Below the pieces are notes generated by a model. It saw only the letters and a list, made by a program, of their open reading frames with translations, did no database searches and had not been told where the DNA came from. The position numbers and the translations under genes were made by a program. 64,000 nucleotides of DNA, taken from assembly GCA_973895155.1 (NCBI GenBank), contig OZ316899.1, positions 2,687,455 through 2,751,454 on the forward strand, written 5' to 3'. Position 1 is the first letter of the stretch. The number at the start of each line of letters is the position of its first letter. Of the stretch, positions 51,323 through 62,067 are shown in pieces. This DNA is from Marsupella aquatica (taxonomy: Eukaryota > Plantae > Marchantiophyta).

Positions 51323-52110
51323 ATGAATACGGTCAGTATGCATATTTTCTTTGTGGTTGGCCACTTGTGTTTTTGGATTGAGACCATCTCTATCCAAACT
51401 TCAAATGTGTTTTTTTCTCTAAGATTGGTATTTGTTGCACTTGCAGAACCAAGACCTTGTTCCATCAAGCGCAAAATGCTGATTTTGGATCTTAACAAAA
51501 TACTTTGGGATTCGGTTGAATTCCAAAGCAAGGGCAAATCCAGAAATGTTGTGACCCCAAGTGGAGTGCATTGGGATAGAAAAAATGGAATTAGTCGCAT
51601 GTATACAGAAAGGCCAGGGCTCCACGAGTTTCTAAAGTTAGTTTTTGACCGATTTGATGTTGCAATTTGGACATGTGCTGGGATACAACGAACAGTGAAA
51701 ATGTTGAACATGATGTTCACTGCTGAGGAGCGATTGAAACTTAAGTTTGTATTCACATAGGTGGAAGCCTTTGACATAGGCATTCAAAGGCGTGACATTA
51801 CAAACGGAAAGGCAAATGTGCTACTGAAGGATGCCTCGTGGATGACTCCCCCCTTAAGGCATTTGCCAACCCAAGCATGACCGGACTATTTCCAGTGCCC
51901 TACACGCATGCCAATCATGGAGATAATTTTCTTCTAACAATTCTTTGGCCTTGTCTTGAGAAATTATCACATGCAAGTGACATTAGATGTTATCTTCTTC
52001 TGAATTCTCCATTGTGGTCTCTATTGCACATAAAGAGAGACAAGGTAAAAAATGAAATTACTTATGATCAACTTAGTAAGAGATGTGCAACAAAAAGTTG
52101 GAAGTCATAG
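51323..52110 (+). pseudogene. FCP1/NIF-homology HAD phosphatase-like cargo gene
   Basis: KMLILDLNKIL...ERPGLHEFLKLVFDRFDVAIWT...DDSPLKAFANP. Stop at 51758-51760 and a frameshift or deletion near 51835. Confidence 0.75.
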
Positions 52111-52709
52111 TTTACGCATAGTGTGTTGGACCTCAATAGCAATGAGATTCCTTGGAACGTGAAGCATCGTATATGTAGTTTACGTCATGAGGCAAAACTT
52201 GACGATGCACTTGTCATCTCACTTGCTAAAGCATTTGTAGGACGGGACTATGGGTCCATATAGAGAAAATCCCAGACACTTTTTGCGGGAGACTATAGCC
52301 ATTAGGAACAACACCACCAAGTTTCAGCTCCCTGAAAATAAAGAGACTTGCAACCATGACAATAGGGTAGATAGTAGAGGAGACAGGGGCACGTGCTCAA
52401 ATACGCATTGTAAGAGCATTTTATTTAGAGATCTGACTCATGTTAAGCCCTTTAGATAGAAGAAATACATTGTAAATTGTATATTGTATATTATTTTATA
52501 ATCTATTTGGAGAACTTGTGTCCTTTTGTTCACACATTATCAAGGGTATTTGGGCTTCTTTGTGCTGAAATGTTTTTATAAGTATCATCTCAATCCTACT
52601 ATTCTTTGTGAATTAATAAATAATGATCTCTATCCTATTATTCTTTGTGAATTAATAAATAATATAATATGTATTGTTTATTAATATAATACTAATATGA
52701 TTTGGCCTA

Positions 52710-52812
52710 TAAAGTGTACATTTAGGGACCAAAAAGTGTACATTTGGGTTTCTTAAAGTGTACATTTGGGTTTCTTAAAGTGTACATTTGGGGACATGAA
52801 AGTGTACATTTC
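52710..52812. repeat. Right subterminal AAAGTGTACATTT motifs of the Sola1-like element
   Basis: Five copies just inside the right TIR. Confidence 0.9.
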
Positions 52813-52862
52813 AAGACTGATTTGTGAACAAAAGAAAATACACTTTTAATGAATAGGCTGAT

Positions 52863-54100
52863 TAAAGAACAAGTAACCGTTACCTCATATGGATGACCTC
52901 TTCGATTGCCTCTCCGGGGCTAAGAAGTTTTCAAAGGTGGACTTGTGGTCTGGGTATTACCAGATCCGCATGGCTAAGGGAGACGAGTATAAGACCGCGA
53001 TGCGCACAAGGTTCGGATCCTATGAGTTTTTGGTTTTGCCGTTCAGGTTATGTAATGCAACCGCAACGTTCATGAAGATGATGAATACCATCTTCCATGA
53101 CTTGTTGGACCAAGGAGTGGTCGTCTTTATTGACGACATCCTAATCTACTCAAAAACATTGGAGGAACATGAGCAGTTGCTCAGAGAAGTGTTCTCTCGC
53201 CTTTGTAAGGCTCATCTCTTTGCTAAACCTAGCAAGTGTAAGTTTGCGATGAACGAGATTCAGTTCCTCGGCCATACCTTTACCCCGGAAGGGATTACGC
53301 CTAGTCAGGACAAGCTTAAGGAGATCAAAGAATGGGAGGGCTCGTCCAATGTGAGGCAAGTTAGAGCCTTCTTAGGATTTACGGGGTTCTATCGGAGATA
53401 CATGAAAGACTATGCGAGGATCGCAAGGCCCCTAAACGTGCTAACGTTGAAAAACAAAGTGTTTGTGTGGACACAGGATTGAGAGTTAGCATTCCAAGAA
53501 CTTAAGCGGCTAATGATAACGCCGCCGATTCTAAAGTTACCCAAAATGGGGAAACCGTTCAAGATTTGGACAGACGCAAGTGATTATGCCATTGGCGCCT
53601 GTCTTCACCAAGACGGGCGTCCTATGGCCTTCCAGTCATGTAAGTTGGAAAATCACTGGATCACACCGGAAAGGGAAATGTATGTTGTGATCTATGCGTT
53701 AAAGAAGTGGGAGATTTACCTTAAGAACGGTCCCAAAGTGGTAATCCACATAGATAGCTTGCCGGTTGGGTACTTCAGTTCAAAGCCAAGACTAAACCCC
53801 AAGGAAATGCGCTGGCAGATGTTCTTGGCGGATTTCAATTTTGAAGTCCGCCACGTTCCAGGGAAGACAAATACGGCAGCTGACGCGTTATTGCGTAAGG
53901 ACCAACATTGTGTCAATGGGATGACGATGCTCAAATCTGAGTGGCCAAAGGTTTTGGCTGCGGCATATGGGGATGACAAGTTAGCTAAGGAACGGCAAAG
54001 CAATGGGTGCAGCCAAGGCAAGGTAAGGCACGTATCATTGGGGTTGGATACGACACATAATGTACAGTTATCGCGATACAAGCAGAGGTGCGTGTACATA
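52863..54100 (+). pseudogene. Gypsy A RT, RNase H and linker
   Basis: FSKVDLWSGYYQIR; VFIDDILIYS; FLGFTGFYRR; WTDASDYAIGA; NTAADAL. Confidence 0.95.
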
Positions 54101-56851
54101 TGTCACGCGATTGACATGGGTCTTAACACCAAAAATGTCACTATGGGTGCCAAAACCATCTCCTTGTACCTGAGGATCACGAAGGGATGTTGTGAAGGCC
54201 GGTAAACACCAATTTATGCCCTTAACACCAGATTATCATAGCAAGACTCTATCACACATCACCCAAGCTCAATCCCTAGGAACCAAGGTTGGGAATCAGA
54301 TCCTGTGCTCATGGTAGTTCTAGTGAGAAGGGGTCCTCATATTGGGCCGTACACACAGGGCCCTAGCGCTACGGTGCGCATATGTCTATATGTATGCTTA
54401 CTATCATAGGTATATTTCTATTCCGCCGCCGGAATGTACCCATAAACCAGTGACTCTTGACTGATTCTCGACTTAGGGACTTCTAAGCCATTGCCCCACC
54501 ACTCTACCATTCCACTCTCAGCAATCAGAGCTGTGACAGCCCTCACCCAACCCACTTCAATGCACCTGGTACACCTCTCAGTGGCGCTGCTAGTCCCATC
54601 ATACACTCAGATTGCCTCACACACACACACATCCATGAGAGAAATGAGGCCTAAGAGGAAAACTCAATTAGATTCAAAGATGTGCACAATCGTTCATTGA
54701 GAACACTTGATCCGAACAATAGGCCCAAAGGCTGTCTCCTCCAGATTGCGACGTGCTTGCCCTGCAAGCCTTGTGCTTGCCATGCAAGCTCAATCTTGAA
54801 CCTGAGCCCGGCTCACTCCAGATTGCGACGGCAGATTGGACTCGAACCAATCCCGTACTTGCCTTGCAAACTCAATCCTGAACTCAACCTCCTTCACTGA
54901 ACTTCATTCTTGGGGACACGTACAGATCTCACACCTCCATTTCAGAATGTCAAGTTACGCATGCACAGTTGACTCAACTTCAAAGCTGGTACCAGGCCTA
55001 ACGACGATCTACCCCAGACTATAATGAAGCCCGGCCTCATGCTTGCCCTGCAAGCTCAACCCTGGCCATAAATCCCTTAGTGCTCTCTACCAGACAAAGG
55101 CCGGGACTCCCCATGGATCACGTAGCCTTGCCAGACTGAACTGTAAATGTTCCTCCTGCTGCCCCTCAATCAGAGTCTCAGCCTTCCTAATGTGCTCACC
55201 GCAAATCACATTGAAATCCTCCCCACAATTTACAATCACCAACACATCACCTATCACCAAGGCTCTGTATTGGGGGAAAAGAACCCAGTTGTGTTGCCTA
55301 CTAGAAAGAGCCAAATCTAGCTTGCAAACCTGGTCAACTGTTGCTGTGAAGTGTGGCTGATTACTCCCTAAGTAATAGCACAACCCAGCTCTCCCCAGCA
55401 CACAGCTTCCAAGCCCAGCCTTCCTTGCACAAAGCTCCTCCCTGCTGCTCAGTCTACGTGAGATCACACAACTAAAGTCCCCCCTGCCTCTACCGGGGGG
55501 GCTGCTCTATATACTCTCATACTGAGCCCAAATGGGTGGATACTACGCTGCTGGAGCCCCATCCCAGCCCTAACAGAGCCGCCACTATCTCTAACTACTG
55601 AACCCTAACTCACAACTTTATTTCTATCTCGAATTGACTATGTACTTTGGATTTGGCCATCCTCCATGGTTTTTGCAAGCTTGCGCCTCCTCTCCCGATT
55701 TCTCTATTCAACCATTTGTTGCGTGGATAGTAGCGTTGGAAGCGGCTTGAGCTCCTCTTTCCAACGAGATCAATTATAGCCAATTTGGGCAAATGCAAAG
55801 AAAGTTATGCCTCCGCAACCGAGAGGGGGTACTCACTGCTATGCTAACCCGAGTTACATAGCTAACCCGAGTTTGGCTAGCCTAGCTATCCTATGTAACC
55901 CGAGTAGAGCTAACCCGTGGTCTCGGGTTAGGCCACTACCTGCTATCCGCTAACCTAGGCTAAGCTGAGCCCGAACCCGAACTTACCTATGCTAACGCAA
56001 GCCCGAGTTCAGTCTAACCCGGGATCAATCTAATCTGAACCCTGGTTAAGCCTAAGCTGTGCTGACCCGAGCTAAGCTGAAGTCGTGCTTACATGAGTTA
56101 AGCTGAAGCCGTGCTTACATGAGTTAAGCTGAAGCCGTGCTCACATAAGCTAAGCCGTGGCCGAGCTTAGGTTAACCCGAAACCGAAGCCGAATCCGCTA
56201 ATTCCGGCCAAAAGTTAACCCGTCACACTAATCAGACCGTATCTGCCTTAATACACCTCCGTTTCCCAAGTGTTATATATCTATTTTACTCGCCTTGACC
56301 AGATCTTTCCAATGCTCTTTACAGATCTGGATTTGGTGACGTATTGAATGAGATATAGTCGTCGACCACCCTCGACATAGCCTTTTATTTCCCTAACATT
56401 CTAAGACTAGACTATGAACCACTAACCTAACTAACAAAATTAAGCTACACACCCAAGACATTGAAATTTCATCCTGAGCACAATCACCATACCCCACAAC
56501 TTCATATTCAGCTATGGAGACTCGCTTCCTTGAATTATCACGCCTACCTCCGTACCGGCGTCTTGAAGAGCCTCCATGCTCCATCTTGCTTGTCAAGAAG
56601 ATGGTATGCTTGAAGAGCTAAATCCTCTCTTCCCCAGTTTCTCCTTTGTGGCCTTGACAGTGACTACCTCAATTGTGTTGCCTTGGTTGTGCAGTCTTCA
56701 AGCTGAAATACATTTATCCCTACTCTTAACGTCACGATTGCCCTTATTCTTGCCCGCTTGCTAATTGTCATGCAATATCAATAGCTACTCCTTGCATACA
56801 ACAACCTAGTTAATCAGATTATTAAATAAGGACCATGTCATCGGCGTCACA
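54101..56851. mobile_element. Solo LTR (2751 bp) of an unrelated LTR family, inserted in the gypsy A integrase Zn-finger region
   Basis: Ends TGtcacgc...gcgtcaCA; TSD ACATA at 54096-54100 and 56852-56856. Removing it restores YKQRCVYI-PESLRLEVLQKYHD. No recognisable coding domain. Internal 3 x 26-bp repeat at 56074-56151. Confidence 0.85.
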
Positions 56852-56856
56852 ACATA

Positions 56857-58176
56857 CCAGAGTCTCTAAGGTTAGAGGTTCTGCAAAAGTACCACGACTT
56901 GCCCTGGGGAGGGCATGGAGGACAAGCCGCTACGTATCGCAGCATGTCGCAAGATGTGTATTGGCCGGACATGAAGCAATCGGTCCTTCAACACGTGCAA
57001 AGTTGTTACTTGTGCCAAAAGAACCGAACGGTCTATAGGGCAAAAGGAGGACTGTTGCAACCCTTACCAGTAGTTGCGGCTCCATGGGAGTCTATCTCCA
57101 TGGACTTCATTGTTGGGTTACCTGAGTCCCACGGCAGTAACTCCATCTTAACAATTGTGGATTGTTTTTCCAAGATGGCGTATTTCCTGCCTACTACAAA
57201 GATGGTTTCGGCCCGAGAGGTTGCCGGTCTAGTGTTTGACAATGTCTTCCGACAATGGGGATTGCCGTTGCATATCCTGTTTGATTGCGATACCAAGTTC
57301 ATGGGCCATTTTTGGAAGGCGTTGTTCCGGTTATCTGGAACGGACCTGACTAGGGGATCGGCATACCATCATGAGACGGATGGCCAAACGGAACGGGTTA
57401 ATGGTATCGTGGAGGACTACTTGCGTCACTTTGTGATGGCCAATCAAAAGGATTGGGCAAAGCACTTAACAATGCTTAACTCGACCAAGCATTCGGCGAT
57501 GGGGTTTGCGCCGTTTGTGTTGGCCACAGGGAGGACGCCAAGGGCGCCCTCTTGGTTTATAAATCCAGAAGCTTGGCGGACGGAAAGCAAGGTTCCTTCT
57601 ACGGACAATTTTATTCGAGAGCGGCGCCTAGTTGTGGAAGCCACTACCAAGGGTATGACCCTTGCCCAAAGTCGGTACAAGGAGCAAGGGGATAAATATC
57701 GACGTCAGGTAAGCTTTGAAATTGGGGAGAGCGTCTAGTTGCAGTTGAGACTTGAGCAATACCACGGGAACATAAGTAGGAAGCTGGCTCCTAGATATGC
57801 GGGGCCCTATTGCATTATACGATGGGCCCACAAGGATAATCCAGTTTTGGTGGTGTTGGAGACACCCAAGGAAATGGGCGTGGGCAAAAGCTACCAAGTT
57901 AGCCGGCTCAAGAAGTTTGTCAAAGACGATGATCCCAACCAGGATCAGGTCTTGCTTCCAGATGCCATGTTGGTGGAGGACGCTGAGGAGTTTGAGGTGG
58001 AGGCAATTCTGGACCACCATTACAAACGCAAATTGGGAAGGCAAATCTTGGAGTATTTGGTGAAGTGGGCTGGCTATGACCAGGCCAAGAGTACTTGGGA
58101 ACCGGAAGAAAATTTGGGTAATGCATCAGAGATCCTTGGAAGCTATTGTAAGCAAAGTGGCCTACCGCCGTTGTGA
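56857..58176 (+). pseudogene. Gypsy A integrase plus chromodomain
   Basis: H-x4-GH...C..CQ; PWESISMDFIVGLP; HHETDGQTERVN; LAPRYAGPY; FEVEAILDH...YLVKWAGY...STWEPEENL. Stop at 57736-57738. Confidence 0.95.
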
Positions 58177-58609
58177 ACTGGTACAGGCAACTGTAGCTAC
58201 CTTTGTGAGTTGTATCCTAGTTTCACTCCTCTCGGCCTCTTAAGGATAAAGTTGGATTGCGTTGGTGCTAGAGGTTGTTGGGCGGCCGATTTGCTCTTTG
58301 CGAGTGGAAGTTGATGATGTCCGCCTTACATCTGTGGGCAGACTAGTTCAAACAAAGGGGAGTGCCCCAAGGGGAGGACAAGGGGTCCGACGAGTTTGGA
58401 GTTAGCTTACCCGTTTGGACTGACATCCTACTTGGATAAGTGGGATAGGTTGGAATTTCCTAAGTCTGCAATGTGCATACCAACCTGGTTTGCATCAGCC
58501 TTATGGGCAAACCATTTGTTACCTCATAAAATTTTTAAGGCCCAAAGTGGTCTAGGCATGTTGGAACGTTTACTGAGGTCACGCGGACATGACCATTTTT
58601 AAAGGGGGG

Positions 58610-59995
58610 TGCAAGTCGCAGAACTTGACTACCTTAACACTTAGCTCCGGCATCGCTGACTCCGACGCAGTCGCAGAACTTGACTACCTTAACACCTAGC
58701 TCTGGCGTCGCTGACTCCGATGCCGAGCTCCCTTATGGTCCAGGCCCGGATAGGGCATCCGGGGAGGACTTAGCATGGGGAGACTTGTGGGCAATGAGAC
58801 GTGGCACTAGCGAGGCAAGGAGCCAAGCTGGGGACACACACTAAGGACTTGGACTAGCTGATAGCTGGTCGGGTCAAGGGGAAATGGGCCGGGCTCAAGG
58901 ATGGCTGTCCGGACCTCTGGATGGAATTTGAGTTCTAAGGGCTTGAGTGTGAGCTCCTCTTGGGCCCAAGGCCAATGGAGTTGACGCCATGGGCAACGGA
59001 CGCTTGGGGCGCAAGTTACGGCCCGATCCGCGTTGGGCCAGTTGAGGGCCCCAAGCGGCGAGGAGACCTGAGGGCCTAGGCATGGGCACTGGGTCGGCCC
59101 GATCACAATGGGCTAAGGCACTCCGCTTGCGGATGCCTAACCAGAAAGTTATGGGCGTTGCCAGTTGGTGGCTCGCCCATTATGCGCGATAGGATCCGGG
59201 TCTGGGGGCCGCCAAACGGAAATGACGATATCTTCCTAACGAGAAGTCCGTTGGGGGACTTCTTGGGTGCATTGTAAAGCTCTTGAGGAGGGCTACGCTG
59301 TCCTGAGCTCATCTGGGTTTGGGGGCACCATGGGTTCTTGTGGTTTGCGGGTGTTAGCTCACCCACTTGCCAAATCTTGCCGAACAGCAGCCAAGTTGCG
59401 TTCAGTCTCCCAAGGGAGCTTGCGTTGGGGAGGCAAGGCCAAGTAGGTACGGAGGCTGAGTTCCAAGAGTGCTCGGCCCCTAGACCATCAGTGGGGCAAA
59501 CCGGGAGTTGGTTGCTAGAGTCGGGGCCTTTCTGGTCCGGGCGTGTTGGGACAAGCTACGCTAATTGGGCCATGAGCATGTCCTGGGGTCAGGGCGGTCA
59601 GTTGGTGATGGATAGGTGCAAGGGGGAACCCGGGCCACGCCCAAGGAAGGAGCTGTCCTGGACGGACAGTGGGCGTGGGTTCTGGTTCTGGCTTATGGCA
59701 TCGGGAGGACCTATCGCTGACCTATTTACCAACGTCTGTTGAGCTTGAGTAGGATGCTAGACATGGCGAGTTCTAGATCCTGAAGGGTTACTTATCGAGG
59801 TGCTTGGTTGCTTGTGCAGATAGGGAGGACCGTCGAGTAGCGGTCGTGTTAGAGAGCAAGTGCGGCTTCGTATGGGAGGGGCCGCTGGCGGTGCAAGGGG
59901 CACTAGTTTACTTGCTCAAGGTATTCCGTGGAGGCGTCCAGGCACCAAGGGCACTTAGGCGTGAGTGCTGGGATTGGTGAGGGCGCTGGGTGGCA
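58610..59995 (+). repeat. Gypsy A 3' LTR (right boundary inferred)
   Basis: Starts TG directly after the PPT. The right end is placed at ...gggtggCA, where the gypsy B protease codons (AVVD) begin on the opposite strand. Internal 2 x 55-bp repeat at about 58614-58723. Confidence 0.55.
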
Positions 59996-62026
59996 ATGTC
60001 CACCACTGCCTTCCATTCCTTCCAGCTGACACTCGCTCTCGCTCAAGCCCAGTATCCATCTTGGTAAGCATAACCATTCCCTTTCATCAAGCCCATGACA
60101 TGAATGGTCCTCGATTGCGCAGTAATGCCTTCTCGCTCTTTCCCTTAAGTTGGGTCCCTGTTTGCCACAGACTCAGCTTTGCTTCCGGTTCCCATGAGCT
60201 CCTCTTCCGCATCAAAGGACTCATTGTCCAAGTCCATGAGCTCCTCTTCCGCATCGAAGAACTCATCGTCCATGAGCTCCCCTCCAAGGGACTTGATCCT
60301 CTTTGGCATCCCCAAGTCTGACCCTTCGGGGCTAGCAAGCTTGCTTCCTGAACCCATGGACACCCCAATAGTGTAAGTTTGGAAACTCCCTATTTCCGTC
60401 TCGCTAGCCTCCCCCATCAACGTGTGAGGGCCCTCTTTGTAAATCCGTTTCCTCTTGGATCTCTCCAATCTTGCCTCCTGGATATCTCGCCTCATAATGC
60501 CAAAGAACTCGGCATTGGTAAACCCCTAAGCCTGTTGGCTCCAGAATTTCTCAGCTACAACCTCCGGGTACATAGCCTGGTCAACATCCCTGCCAAGCAC
60601 CCACCCTGGATCCTTTCTGATCGGTTTCCCTCTTTCCGGCTCTTTCTCACTCATTTCCTCATCTTTGAACCTAACCCTCCTTTCCTTGTCTCAAGTATCC
60701 CGCCTCTCTCGTTCCCCTGATTGAGATGGAGTGTCATCCTCATTGGTCTTCTTCCTTTTCGACTCAACCAAAGCATCCCAACTAGCCCCAACCTCAACCG
60801 TTATTGCATTGATCAGCACCGGGTCACTCCATCCGGATCTCTCTCGCACCAGATCTGCCAAGCGCTTGTAAAACTTGTCTGTTTCCGTCACGGGGCCATC
60901 CAACTCCACATAGTAAACATTCACTTCCAGGTGCGAAGAGGACGCCTCTTTGACTCACTTCCCAGCTCGCTTCTCAGCCAAAGCCTTCATGCCTCCCTTG
61001 TTGGAGTTGAATGGAATCGGCTCCTCAGTATCGGCAAACAATATCTTTTTTTGACCAACTTCACCGATGAACTTGATCAACCCTTTATCCGCAGCTTCCC
61101 TCAAGTCCAAGCACTCCCGCTTGTCATGCTCTTTGTTGTCGCACCACATGCATGGCCAACTCTGCATCTCTTGCTTCCTCTCGGGAGCACTCGCAACCCT
61201 TGGTTTTGGGATTCTCAACCGCATGTGCCGCCAAATTCTTTAGGTTTTGCATCATTTCCACGAGATCATCCATCGCTGGTTTGATCTCATCCCTCGCTGG
61301 CTCTCGCTTTGCTTTCCTCAATATTGGTTCCGGCGGCCTTAGGTTGAGAGTGGCAACCTCCTTGTCCAGCTCTCGCCGCCGGTGTCAATTGCTCACTTCC
61401 GACACCGCTTTCTCAACTTGGTTCCAATCGTTAGACAACGTAACTCTCAAAGGTTCCAACAGCTCCATCGCGTTCTCAAGCTCCTCTTGAAGGTCCTCAT
61501 CGGCTGCCCTCAAGAAGAGCGTCAAGCACTGCAACTCGATGATCCACACATCCCTCTTTGGTAATTGAGACACCCTTCTCTTGAACTCCCTTAGAAGCTC
61601 TTGCGACCGCTTCAGCTTCTTGTTCCTGTCATTCACCCAATCCAAGAAGGTAGTCTGCGTGACCCAATCAGCATCCTTCGCTTGGAACTCCTCTTTCATC
61701 TTCTGGTCAAAGTCATCCCAGCCCTCAGCTCACTCAACGATGGTTCGCACCGTCAAACTCAACTCCTTCTCAACCAGCACCATGAACTCTTTCACTGCCG
61801 TCCCTTTGTCCAACTTGTAGACAACTGCTTCTGTCAAGTAAGACTTAAGGTAGCTTGTCACATTTCTCCCATCGAACTGCCCATTCTCCTTCACCTCTTG
61901 GAGACACCGAGTAGTTCTATTTGCTTCTCTGTTCGCCCTTTCCGCCTCAAGCTCTTCCTTCCTTATGGTTCTCATCATCGACATGACGACGCTCAAAATT
62001 TGATCGACTTTGTCATAGTCACCCAT
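59996..62026 (-). pseudogene. Gypsy B gag and protease start
   Basis: Chain of stop- and frameshift-broken ORFs at 61730-62044, 61385-61699, 60955-61224, 60691-60924 and 60145-60495. Confidence 0.75.
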
Positions 62027-62048
62027 CTTGTCCAATCGCCCCAAGGAC

Positions 62049-62066
62049 TCCCCAGTATGGTCGCCA
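62049..62066 (-). promoter_or_regulatory. Primer-binding site of gypsy B (tRNA-Arg-like)
   Basis: The minus strand reads TGGCGACCATACTGGGGA, 1 nt after the LTR end; similar to plant tRNA-Arg PBS TGGCGACTCCACTGGGGA. Confidence 0.7.
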
Positions 62067-62067
62067 A

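Larger units (their letters stand above)
34471..52862 (-). mobile_element. Sola1/DUF7869-like DNA transposon, about 12.9 kb net plus a 5.5-kb copia insertion
   Basis: 26-bp TIRs with one mismatch: atcaacctattcattaaaagtgtatt (34471-34496) and aatacacttttaatgaataggctgat (52837-52862). 4-bp TSD TAAA at 34467-34470 and 52863-52866. Removing the element rejoins the RT motif KQTVK-NKxPLP. Confidence 0.9.
32081..59995 (+). mobile_element. Ty3/gypsy chromovirus A (5' LTR outside window), split by the Sola1-like element and a solo LTR
   Basis: gag-PR-RT-RH-INT-chromodomain order is restored across two insertions with perfect TSDs. PPT aaagggggg at 58601-58609. The 3' LTR starts TG at 58610; its right end at 59995 is inferred. 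Confidence 0.85.

Noticed and set aside
58610-59995. ORFs 58807-59742 as extra retroelement genes
   Set aside because: They are GC-rich LTR sequence with overlapping short ORFs and no domains.
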